A stretch of DNA of 25,251 bases from a virus (lineage: Duplodnaviria; Caudoviricetes), in IMG/VR virus record IMGVR_UViG_3300012527_000004, positions 1-25,251 of that record; one strand, written 5' to 3'. Position 1 is the first letter of the stretch; the number at the start of each line of letters is the position of its first letter. Shown in pieces: positions 9,443-17,181 of this stretch. The translations under genes and the position numbers were made by a program. The notes beneath the pieces are model-generated. The model ran no database searches. It saw only the letters and a list, made by a program, of their open reading frames with translations, and was not told the DNA's origin.

Positions 9443-9622
9443 TCAGCGACGCTTGGCGTCGCGGTTGTTCTCAGTGATGGCCTCGTCGAGAACGACGGTC
9501 GCCAGGACGCGTTCGACGAGCGTGCCGCGATGCGCCTCGGTCAACCCCAGGTGCGGCCGGTAATCCATCCGCAGCCGCGACGCCTGAACGGCGTCATGGA
9601 TCTCGGGGGCCGAGGCGGCTAT
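9443..9622 (-). CDS. Tail assembly chaperone -1 frameshift extension (gpGT-like)
   Basis: The -1 frame after GGGGGAA is open to TGA 9443..9445: IAASAPEIHDAVQASRLRMDYRPHLGLTEAHRGTLVERVLATVVLDEAITENNRDAKRR; it fills the gap before the tape measure gene. Confidence 0.82.
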   Translation of the reverse strand: MAASAPEIHDAVQASRLRMDYRPHLGLTEAHRGTLVERVLATVVLDEAITENNRDAKRR

Positions 9623-10110
9623 TCCCCCAGGGCCTGCTCGATCTCGCCCTGCACGCCGATCATCCAGTTCACGAGCCGCAGCGCGAAGGCGTCCAGGCGG
9701 ACGCTGTTGTCGAGCACCTCACGAATCACGCTGGTCGTCGACAGGGACGTGTCGCCCATGAGCTGCGCGACACCACGCCACGCGTGCGGGACTTCGTGCC
9801 ACTCGCCGTCCTCGTCGAGCATCTCGACCTTCTGCGTCGCGAGCGCGACCGTCGCGACGGTCGTGACGCCCTGGTCGCGTTCCTCATCGGGGATCTTGCG
9901 GGCCGTGAGCCGCATGTCCTCCCAACCGGGAACCGGGAACACGCGGGTCTTGTCCGCGCGCAGCCGGTCCATGCCGCGCTGCATCCGCTCGGCGAGGCCG
10001 CCGAGCGCGTCAGCGGCCAGCGACGTTTCCGGCGACGGCGGGATGACGGTCGCGTCCACGTTGTCGAAGATGACGTCCGGCGCCGCGACGACACCCTCCA
10101 CGGGGCTCAC
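9619..10110 (-). CDS. Tail assembly chaperone (gpG-like)
   Basis: Between tube and tape measure; GTG 10110 overlaps the tube stop (GTGA); ends CTG GGG GAA TAG. Confidence 0.85.
   Translation of the reverse strand: MSPVEGVVAAPDVIFDNVDATVIPPSPETSLAADALGGLAERMQRGMDRLRADKTRVFPVPGWEDMRLTARKIPDEERDQGVTTVATVALATQKVEMLDEDGEWHEVPHAWRGVAQLMGDTSLSTTSVIREVLDNSVRLDAFALRLVNWMIGVQGEIEQALGE
9622..9628 (-). other. Programmed -1 frameshift slippery site GGGGGAA
   Basis: Immediately before the chaperone stop codon, with an open -1 frame after it. Confidence 0.8.
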
Positions 10111-10526
10111 GACGCGTCCACGTCGAGCAGGCACATCACCGTCAACTTCGAACGCTCCGACGCCGTGATGTCCCCGTCCGGCGGGTTCACGCCCTTCAGG
10201 ACGCCCTGGTAGGTGCGCGGCACACCCACGGGGAGGTTGTCGTCGCCCTTGTAGGCGCGGACGATGACGACGGGGAACCCGCGCTTGGATTCCAGCCACG
10301 CCTCTTCCTCCGGGCTCGTCTCGGAGTACGGGCGACGCAGGGTCGCGTCCTCCCGGGATGCGACGCCCGCGGCGACGGGGTACTCCCCGTACCGCACGTC
10401 ATCGACGTCGAGCCCGAACCCTTCGGACTCCGCGAAGATCCCGAGGTCGCGCTGAGCAGCGCCGTTGTACGGCGCCTTAACGATGAGGCTCGTGATGATG
10501 TTCTTCTGCTGCACGTAACGAGTCAT
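10107..10526 (-). CDS. Tail tube protein
   Basis: 139 aa directly after the sheath; LGIFAESEGFG, ATLRRPY, RTYQGVLKGVNPPDGD resemble contractile tube proteins; AGGAGG RBS. Confidence 0.8.
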   Translation of the reverse strand: MTRYVQQKNIITSLIVKAPYNGAAQRDLGIFAESEGFGLDVDDVRYGEYPVAAGVASREDATLRRPYSETSPEEEAWLESKRGFPVVIVRAYKGDDNLPVGVPRTYQGVLKGVNPPDGDITASERSKLTVMCLLDVDAS

Positions 10527-10536
10527 GATGGGCCTC

Positions 10537-11649
10537 CTAGGCGATCTTCTGGCGGACGATGGACACGTCGAGCGATTCGGCGAACGGCGCGGTCTTCAGG
10601 CGGATCGTCGCCCGGCCCCTTCCGGCCGCCAGTGACGCGGTCGGGTTGAGTGCGACCCCGGTGTCGACGGTGAACGCGTCGACCGGGTTCCCGAACAGTG
10701 CGCCAACCCGCAGGAGCTCAAGGCACCTGTCGGACAGCAGGCCGTTCCACTTCGCGAGCGTCTGGCCGCCGGAGTCGAACGGCGCGAACAGGATCCGCTC
10801 ACTGGACGATGCGGAGTTCGAGCGGACGTCCATGACGACCCGGGAGCCGCCGAGATCCCACCACTGCGGCAGGACCGCGAGATCCGCGAGAGTGCGGTAC
10901 CCGTAGCCGCGCGGAGCGCCACCGAACGGTGCGCGGGCCACGTTGACCTTCGCGGCGTTCAGCGTGGTCATGGAGACGTCGTTGCGTTCGGCGAGCAGCC
11001 CGAGCGCGTACACCGCGATCCCGTTGTCACCCGCAGCGGCGAGCGCCGGGTTCCCCGTGCGCAGGTCGTTGCGGGCGATGATGCCCGCCTGCACGAGACT
11101 CCACGGGACCTGCCGGGTGGATGCTCCGATGCCGGGGATGATCGCGGCATCCGCGAACAGCGCGACATTGCGGCCGTTACCCGAAGCGATGACCGCCGCC
11201 GCGAGCGTCGAGAGCTGCGCGTCGGTCGCGTCGGCCGCGGCGTTCGCGATGAACACCCGGTTGCTCGTCCAGGCCCACTCGCCGACTGTGATGATGTCCG
11301 CGGAAGCGACGACGGCCGGGGCGACGACCTGCCCCGGCCCGAGCGTCGCCGGGATCTTGTCCAGCGTGGTCTGGAGACCGCCGACAGCGGTGTCCAGCTT
11401 GATGGCCTGCACGAGCGGGACACCGGTCTCGCTGCGGCCCTCACGCTGAATCGCGTCGACCTCAGCGTGCAGGGTCGTCGCGGTCGGGAAGTCCGCGCGG
11501 GCCTGGTCTGGGCTCGTGATCCGCGTAGCGGTCGCGGGACCGTTCGCGTCAGCGGTCAGCAGGAACGTGGTGCTCGTGTCTGTCGGGGCGCCGGGACCCA
11601 GAGCGGGCTCCTCGACGACTGCGACGTTGACACCGGGGACGACAGGCAT
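10537..11649 (-). CDS. Tail sheath protein (compact, 370 aa)
   Basis: N-terminal PGVNVAVVE; C-terminal GYRTL, LFAPFD, GALFG...AFTVDT...LNP..LAAGR...PFAESLDVSI typical of the sheath C-domain. Confidence 0.9.
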   Translation of the reverse strand: MPVVPGVNVAVVEEPALGPGAPTDTSTTFLLTADANGPATATRITSPDQARADFPTATTLHAEVDAIQREGRSETGVPLVQAIKLDTAVGGLQTTLDKIPATLGPGQVVAPAVVASADIITVGEWAWTSNRVFIANAAADATDAQLSTLAAAVIASGNGRNVALFADAAIIPGIGASTRQVPWSLVQAGIIARNDLRTGNPALAAAGDNGIAVYALGLLAERNDVSMTTLNAAKVNVARAPFGGAPRGYGYRTLADLAVLPQWWDLGGSRVVMDVRSNSASSSERILFAPFDSGGQTLAKWNGLLSDRCLELLRVGALFGNPVDAFTVDTGVALNPTASLAAGRGRATIRLKTAPFAESLDVSIVRQKIA

Positions 11650-11846
11650 CAGGAGGTCTCCTTGGTCTGGGGCTTGGTCTGGGACTTAGCGGCGGACTGC
11701 GGGGCCTTCGTCACGACACCCTCGGCCAGCGGGCCGCGCGCGGCGTCCGCGTCAAGGTCTATTTCGGCGCCGGCCTCCAGGAGCCCGTAGCCGGGAACAT
11801 GGACGGTATGAGTCGCGCGGACGCGAACGGTGTTTGAATCGGACAC
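11649..11846 (-). CDS. Small pre-sheath hypothetical protein
   Basis: 65 aa, GGAG RBS, TGATG overlap with the sheath start. Confidence 0.7.
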   Translation of the reverse strand: MSDSNTVRVRATHTVHVPGYGLLEAGAEIDLDADAARGPLAEGVVTKAPQSAAKSQTKPQTKETS

Positions 11847-11875
11847 GATGAGACTCCAGTCAGGAGAGAGGGCTT

Positions 11876-12487
11876 TTACGGGGTGGTACGGGTGACGGTT
11901 ACGAGCACGTCGTTAGCCGGCTGGCCCGACGTGGGCGGCACGTACTGATCTGCCGGGTCCTCAAAGAGGATCGGGCCGCCCGCGGTCGTGAGACAGTCAT
12001 CGGCGGTCACATCGATCGTGACCTCGGCGTGCGCGAGGAACGGGGAGTCACCGACCGTCTCGTGCCGGGCGGCCGTCAGCTCCAGGTGCGCGACGCGCTC
12101 CGTGCCGGGCAGCCGGGTAAGGAGACACTCGACGGCGGTCATCCAGTACCAGCGGCACCGGCGCATCGCGTCCGAGCGCGGGTCACGCCCACCGCCGATC
12201 GCGAAGACGTGCAACTCGAGGCTCCACGTCATGTCCAAGGACTCCCGGCCGTCATCACGGAGCACGAGGCCCGTGTCGCGGAGGTCCCCCGCGGTGAGCA
12301 GGAGAGCGGGGAGCATGTCCTGCGCCAGGCGCTGATCGTCGTCGGCGAGAAGGTCGATCGTGGAGAGCGGCTCGATCGCGCGAACCGGCAACGCGAGCTG
12401 CCGTTCGAGCGCGGCGAGATGCCGGCGATGGTTGGAGTGCAGGCAGGTGATCGCGGCCTGCTCAATGAGGTCCGGGGTGACGAGCAT
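11876..12487 (-). CDS. Putative tail terminator/completion protein
   Basis: Position before the sheath; LPALLL and WSLELHVFA strands resemble gpU-like terminators. Confidence 0.6.
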   Translation of the reverse strand: MLVTPDLIEQAAITCLHSNHRRHLAALERQLALPVRAIEPLSTIDLLADDDQRLAQDMLPALLLTAGDLRDTGLVLRDDGRESLDMTWSLELHVFAIGGGRDPRSDAMRRCRWYWMTAVECLLTRLPGTERVAHLELTAARHETVGDSPFLAHAEVTIDVTADDCLTTAGGPILFEDPADQYVPPTSGQPANDVLVTVTRTTP

Positions 12488-12961
12488 CTACGACGCGTCC
12501 AGGCGACTGAGCACGATTACAGCGATGTTCTCGCGAGCCTGCTTACTCAGGACGACGACACGACGGGGCTTCACGCGACCCTTCGAGGACGAGTAGCCCT
12601 TCGCGTGCGCCTCCAGGTAGTAGAGGCTCCCGCGGCCTCGCGCGACACCGAACTCGACGCCCCCGTTGGTCGCCTTGAAGATGATGGCGCTCGCCTTCGG
12701 GCCGGAGTGCCTAGTGAGCGCGGCGAACGCGTCCCCGGTCGCCTGCATCGGCCTCGAGCTCAGGCCGCGGCGCTGCTTCTCCAGCCGCCACGCCTTCCCG
12801 GACTGCCGCAGCCCCCGACCGAACCGGCGGCGCGACGACTCCTCGAACTGGCTGCGCACCTCGTTACCCGACAGCAACCGGCCGCGCTCAGCGCGATCGG
12901 ACGTCAGTTCGAGGGTGCGGGCGGCTTCCTTCAGGCCCTCGCTCCGAATCGTGACCTTCAT
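12488..12961 (-). CDS. Putative neck / virion morphogenesis protein
   Basis: Basic 157-aa protein starting MKVTIRSEGLKEAARTL, with MQATGD, VEFGV and HAKG...KPRRVV, like Mu gpG-type neck proteins; gene order fits. Confidence 0.6.
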   Translation of the reverse strand: MKVTIRSEGLKEAARTLELTSDRAERGRLLSGNEVRSQFEESSRRRFGRGLRQSGKAWRLEKQRRGLSSRPMQATGDAFAALTRHSGPKASAIIFKATNGGVEFGVARGRGSLYYLEAHAKGYSSSKGRVKPRRVVVLSKQARENIAVIVLSRLDAS

Positions 12962-13656
12962 CAGTACATGCCCGGCAGGACGCGGGGGCGCGCCTGCTGG
13001 ATGAGTTCGATTAGGGACGCCCGGTAGTTGGAGATGAACGCCGCGTACAGGCCGTCGGAGTCATCCGTTCCCGCGGGAGCCCGCATGGCCTGGACCGCAG
13101 CCGCCGCGTGGTACAGAGCGGTCGTCCGCGCGAGATCCCACACGTCCTCCGGTAGCTCGCCGATGCCCACTCGGCCACGGACCTCATCGACGGCCGCGGT
13201 GATGAACCCTTCGACCTGATTGAGCGTCGGGCTCGTGCTCGCGGTGAACTCCCCAAGCTCCCGCCCTGCTTGCGGCTCACCACCTGGCGGCGGGTACCCG
13301 CCCGTGATGGCCTGGCGCGTATATGCGCCGCACAGGTCGGCTACGGCTTGCGCGGTCGGCCGGACCGGCAGGCTCGGCGACAGGGCCGGGGACGCGACCG
13401 GCGAACTGTACGGGGACGTGTTGCCGACGATGTCCGCGAACCGGAACCGGAAAAACCCAGAGGCGAGCGTCGCCGTCGTGACCGTGATGTTCACCGGGTT
13501 CGGGGTATCCGGGGTCGCATCGACCTCGACAGCGAGGGTCGCGACGAGCGTGAACGGGCCAGCGGCGAGCGCGGACTCCTCGACACTGACGGTGGTCCAG
13601 GGGACCCCGTCGAACCGGGCTGGGGGCGTGACGGCGGTGAACGAGTGCGTGTTCAT
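12961..13656 (-). CDS. Head-tail adaptor with extra N-terminal beta-rich domain
   Basis: C-terminal RPTAQAVADL...GEFTASTSPTLNQVEGFI...AVDEVRGRVG helical adaptor-like region; N-terminal ~90 aa ends FFRFRFADIVGNTSPYSSPV (FN3/Ig-like). Confidence 0.65.
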   Translation of the reverse strand: MNTHSFTAVTPPARFDGVPWTTVSVEESALAAGPFTLVATLAVEVDATPDTPNPVNITVTTATLASGFFRFRFADIVGNTSPYSSPVASPALSPSLPVRPTAQAVADLCGAYTRQAITGGYPPPGGEPQAGRELGEFTASTSPTLNQVEGFITAAVDEVRGRVGIGELPEDVWDLARTTALYHAAAAVQAMRAPAGTDDSDGLYAAFISNYRASLIELIQQARPRVLPGMY

Positions 13657-13811
13657 ACGGCGCGTCCTCCCTGCGTCTGAGTTGCGGCACCAGGCGACGG
13701 CGCCACGGTGGATGCTGCGGCGGGCCCACCGGCGGTCGTGGCCGTGGTGCCGCCCTGCAAGACGACGTCGGCGGTGACGAGCGTGAAGAAGATCGCGCCG
13801 GGCGCCCTCAT
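13653..13811 (-). CDS. Small hypothetical protein (52 aa)
   Basis: ATG 13811 overlaps the upstream stop (TGATG) and its own stop overlaps the next ATG; MRAPGAIFFTLVTADVVLQGG... Confidence 0.55.
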   Translation of the reverse strand: MRAPGAIFFTLVTADVVLQGGTTATTAGGPAAASTVAPSPGAATQTQGGRAV

Positions 13812-14845
13812 CAGATCGTGGCCGGGGCGGCCCAGTAGACGCACTTCACATTCACGTTCGCCGCCGTGACCGTCGAGACCGGGGTGGCCGTCCACTGGAA
13901 CTCTTGGCCGGGCCGCAGGTAGATGCTCCCGTCGTCCCGGTATGCGAACGGGGCGCTCGCCCCCACCTGCTTTAAGTCGACGAGGACCGGGGAGCCGCCG
14001 GCTACTGCGGGAGACGCGAATGCGACGGCGGGGGAGGCGTTGATCCCGCCACCCCGGTTGGACTGCGTCATCGCCGTACCGCCCGTGATCGTCGCCCCCG
14101 TGCTCAGCATCCGCCGGATGGTGGCCGCGCCCGAGGAGCCGATGTCAACCGCGTCGAGCACGATGTCCACCCCGGAGCCCGCCGGGTTCTGGAGGACAGC
14201 GACCGAAGTGGTGGCACCAAGGGCCGCCGAGATCAGCTCGGTCTGAAAACTGAACAGGGACCGGCCCCCAGCGCCGCTCGCGTAAAACTGCGGGAGGCTC
14301 CGGACAGTGACCGCCACCGCGCGAAGCTGCGCGTCCGTCAACGGGCCGCTCACCGGCTGCGACGCCGGGAAGTTCTGGACGCTCACCGAACCGTCGACCG
14401 TCAACGGACCCGCACCATCACTCACCGTCACCGCCCCGGAGATCGGGATGGGCACCGCCCGCAACTGCGCGTCCGTCAACGGGCCAGTGACCGCCACCGT
14501 CCCGCCGACACGCACAGCGCCGCCCGTGAGCGTCACGTCCTTCGCCAACCCCGTCTCAGTGGTCTGCTCGAGAGCCGCGAGGCTTGCAGCCGTGAGATCC
14601 ACGACGCCGGCGACCGTGACGGTTCCCGCGATCGTCGCGGTCACCTGCTCAAGAGCGGCCAAGCTCGCCGCGTCCAACGCGACCGCCTGACCCGCCTCCA
14701 ACTTCGATGCAAGCGCGGTCAGGACCGCCGCAAGCGTCGCCTGAGACGCCGCCCCGGTCTGCGCAACCGCGAAATCCTGACGACGAAGATCAACCGCTGC
14801 GCCCGTGCCGTCATCGACACGAAGCGTGACCTCAGTTGCAGGCAC
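13811..14845 (-). CDS. Putative head fibre/decoration protein with beta-strand repeats
   Basis: Repeats AASLAALEQ x2 and GPLTDAQLRAV x2, TV-rich shaft, globular C-terminus; lies between capsid and adaptor. Confidence 0.65.
   Translation of the reverse strand: MPATEVTLRVDDGTGAAVDLRRQDFAVAQTGAASQATLAAVLTALASKLEAGQAVALDAASLAALEQVTATIAGTVTVAGVVDLTAASLAALEQTTETGLAKDVTLTGGAVRVGGTVAVTGPLTDAQLRAVPIPISGAVTVSDGAGPLTVDGSVSVQNFPASQPVSGPLTDAQLRAVAVTVRSLPQFYASGAGGRSLFSFQTELISAALGATTSVAVLQNPAGSGVDIVLDAVDIGSSGAATIRRMLSTGATITGGTAMTQSNRGGGINASPAVAFASPAVAGGSPVLVDLKQVGASAPFAYRDDGSIYLRPGQEFQWTATPVSTVTAANVNVKCVYWAAPATI
14327..14485. repeat. 21-bp exact direct repeat within the fibre gene (14327..14347, 14465..14485)
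   Basis: CTGCGCGTCCGTCAACGGGCC occurs twice and encodes GPLTDAQ. Confidence 0.9.
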
Positions 14846-14848
14846 CTG

Positions 14849-15145
14849 CTAGGTCGTCTCGACGCCGCCCTTGACGCCCTTCTCGTCACCGATCTGCGCG
14901 GCGCGCTCGGCAGCCTCGACGAGACGCACGTTCGGCTCGCCCGGCTTGGCGTCCGGTACCGGCTCGCTGATCAGGTGCGGACCCGCGTCGACGCGGCCCG
15001 TGTAGTCGCCGCGCTTCGGGCCGGGACCGAACGCGTCCTCGGGGCCAACGGGCTCGCTCGGGGAGCCGGGGAGCATCGGGACGCCCGCGTCGAGCGCGTC
15101 GTTCTTGTCGACTGTCTTCGTGGTCTGGGGCTTGGTGTCGGCCAT
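14849..15145 (-). CDS. Hypothetical capsid-associated protein
   Basis: 98 aa Pro/Gly/acidic; GAAAGG RBS; TAATG overlap with upstream stop. Confidence 0.75.
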   Translation of the reverse strand: MADTKPQTTKTVDKNDALDAGVPMLPGSPSEPVGPEDAFGPGPKRGDYTGRVDAGPHLISEPVPDAKPGEPNVRLVEAAERAAQIGDEKGVKGGVETT

Positions 15146-15348
15146 TAGGTAACTGCCTTTCTGCGGCGCGCAAACGCCGGCTTCTGGGTCTGTGTGTGGT
15201 CAGGGCCGGCGCCGCAAGAGGCGCACGCCAGCCGGTAGCGGGTCTGCTTGGCCGCTGTCCGCATCTGCGGGTCGAGCGCCGGGCGAGCGGCGGGCTGGAT
15301 AAGTCGCTGCTCGATCCACCACTCGCCGCCGCACGCCTGGCAGATCAC
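15145..15348 (-). CDS. Small zinc-ribbon protein
   Basis: CQAC...CASC; GTGA overlap with the capsid stop. Confidence 0.7.
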   Translation of the reverse strand: MICQACGGEWWIEQRLIQPAARPALDPQMRTAAKQTRYRLACASCGAGPDHTQTQKPAFARRRKAVT

Positions 15349-16286
15349 GACGCGAGAACTCCGCGCAGGCGACCGGCGGCCTTTCCCCCGAATAGTGCGA
15401 GTCCGGTATAGAACTCGACGCGGGTGCGGTACGCGGGCTTGGTGTCCAGTTCGCCGATGTCGGTGACCTGGATGCCGCCGTTCGTGACGCCCGTGACGGC
15501 CTGATCGTTCTCGCCGCGGCCGAAACGCACCGCGTAGATCGAGGACGCGGTCCCGGACGCCGCGCCCTGCGTCTCGGTCTGCGGAATGATCAGCGTCCCG
15601 TCAGCCCGGTTGCCGATGTCCAGGAGCGGAACCCCGTTGTATGACGGCTCCTGCTTGACGCCGATCGGCGTGGTGTAGATGCTCAGGCGACGCATCGCGG
15701 ACAAGATCCGGGACCTCACCGCGGCGTTCATGTAGAGCGCGTCGGCGCCCGGCACCGCGGCCAGGAGCTCGTCGAGCTTGTCCAGGAACGACTGACGGGC
15801 GTCGTCGTTCGCGCCGACGATCGCGAGACCGTTGGCGCCAGCGTCGATGACCTGGGCTCCGGTGATCCGCTTCTTGATGCCGTCGAACGCGTTGGCGTCG
15901 ACCGCGGTGTCGCCGTTGATGAACGTGTCCTGGTACTTGTAGGCGGCGGCCTTGACCTTCCCGCGAACCGCCTCGGCGCGCAGGTCAAGGATGGCCGCGT
16001 CCTGCGTAGCGACCAGGAACCGGTCGACGTCGGCGTCGCCGCCGAGGATCACGAGCTTCTCGGTCGCCTGGTTGATCGTCCCGGTCGACTCCGCGTACGC
16101 CGCGTTCAGAGCACGGAACTCCACGCCGGGGAGCGTGAGCTCGGAGTTGTAGGAGTACGCGTTGCCGCTGATCGACAGGAGCGGGATCCGGTCGAGGACC
16201 GGGGACTCGATCACGAACGTGCGGACGACGCCGCGTGCGAGCGGCGTGATCCGCGACTTCGATGCTTCGGTGAGTGTGTAGGCCAT
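15345..16286 (-). CDS. Major capsid protein (HK97 fold, no delta domain; epsilon15/BPP-1-like type)
   Basis: 313 aa; ESPVLDRIP, YSYNSELTLPGVEFRALN, ILGGDADVDRFL, FINGD...FDGIKKR, SSIYAVRFG, YRTRVEFYTGLA...AAGRLRGV; CAGGAGG RBS. Confidence 0.93.
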   Translation of the reverse strand: MAYTLTEASKSRITPLARGVVRTFVIESPVLDRIPLLSISGNAYSYNSELTLPGVEFRALNAAYAESTGTINQATEKLVILGGDADVDRFLVATQDAAILDLRAEAVRGKVKAAAYKYQDTFINGDTAVDANAFDGIKKRITGAQVIDAGANGLAIVGANDDARQSFLDKLDELLAAVPGADALYMNAAVRSRILSAMRRLSIYTTPIGVKQEPSYNGVPLLDIGNRADGTLIIPQTETQGAASGTASSIYAVRFGRGENDQAVTGVTNGGIQVTDIGELDTKPAYRTRVEFYTGLALFGGKAAGRLRGVLAS

Positions 16287-16322
16287 GGCGGGGAGACCTC
16301 CTGGGTCTTGGGTATGAGTGGC

Positions 16323-16344
16323 GGCGACCCCGCCAAGGGCCGCC
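16323..16344 (-). promoter_or_regulatory. GC-rich hairpin between scaffold and capsid genes
   Basis: Minus strand GGCGGCCC-TTGGCG-GGGTCGCC (one G-U pair); no U-tract, so possibly an mRNA stability element. Confidence 0.4.
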
Positions 16345-16349
16345 TGGTA

Positions 16350-17075
16350 CTACGTGGTGGTCGCCGGGGCGTGCCCCGCGCGAAGATCTGCCATCGCCAA
16401 CTCGGACTCCGTGAGGGGCGTTGGTGCTGTGCTCGGGTCGTGCGCGGTGGTCTTGTCGACCTCCACGCCGTTGACGAGCACCTTCTCGACGCCAACGGGC
16501 GCCGGGGCGGACGGGGCGACGAGCCAGCTCGTGCCGTCCTGCGTCGTGCTCTTGACGAGATCCTTCACTGCGCGCTGCGCCGCGGCGGAGTCATCGATGG
16601 AGTCCAGGACATCGCGGCCGAGCTTGGCGGCGATGAGCGCGGAGGCGCTCCCGTCGTCGCGGAAGTTCGCTTCCCTGGCGGCCGAGGCGATCAGGGATGC
16701 CCTCGCGTCGCTCTTGCGATCCGCTTCGGCCTGCTCGGCGCGGGCCTTCTCCGCGGTCACGTCGCCCGTGAGCTTCTCGACCTGCTTGGTGAGGCGTTCC
16801 ACGTCGGTCTTGTCCCGGGACTCCAGGTCGTCGACGCGCTTCTGCAGGTCCGAGGCGGCGGTCTCCGCAGCTTTGCGGGCTTCGTCGGCTGTCCGGGCCT
16901 TCTCGCGCTCGCGAACGAGCTGGTCGATCGGAACCGTGGAAGGCGGGTCACCTTCAGCGTTGAGCGGGACGCCGGACGCACGAAGCGCGCGGAGTTGATC
17001 GGCCCATGCCGGCCGCAGAAGAGCGGCGAGGCGCAGCGCGTCGGGGTGGACGCGGGGCTGGATGCTGGATCGCAT
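16350..17075 (-). CDS. Capsid scaffolding protein
   Basis: Start moved to ATG 17075 after GAAAGGT RBS; long charged coiled coil (REREKARTADEARK...VEKLTG); directly before the capsid gene. Confidence 0.85.
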   Translation of the reverse strand: MRSSIQPRVHPDALRLAALLRPAWADQLRALRASGVPLNAEGDPPSTVPIDQLVREREKARTADEARKAAETAASDLQKRVDDLESRDKTDVERLTKQVEKLTGDVTAEKARAEQAEADRKSDARASLIASAAREANFRDDGSASALIAAKLGRDVLDSIDDSAAAQRAVKDLVKSTTQDGTSWLVAPSAPAPVGVEKVLVNGVEVDKTTAHDPSTAPTPLTESELAMADLRAGHAPATTT

Positions 17076-17118
17076 GAGCGACCTTTCGTTCGTGCCGGGT
17101 GGATGTCTGCGTTTGGTT

Positions 17119-17172
17119 CGCGGCGCGACCCGCGCAGGCCCCCGACGGGCCTGGCCCTCGATGCGCTCGAGG
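17119..17172 (-). promoter_or_regulatory. Three tandem hairpins in the scaffold leader
   Basis: Perfect stems CGCGG/CCGCG (17119..17134), CAGGCCC/GGGCCTG (17135..17153), CCTCGA/TCGAGG (17156..17172). Confidence 0.55.
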
Positions 17173-17181
17173 TCAGCGGCC

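Noticed and set aside
1961-11649. Stand-alone contractile injection system or tailocin
   Set aside because: Capsid, portal and terminase genes are contiguous and intact.
1144-14845. Diversity-generating retroelement suggested by fibre repeats and a BPP-1-like capsid
   Set aside because: No reverse transcriptase in the window and no repeat pair differing only at adenines.
17119-17172. Three hairpins as a tRNA cloverleaf
   Set aside because: No acceptor stem, no TTC T-loop, wrong loop sizes.
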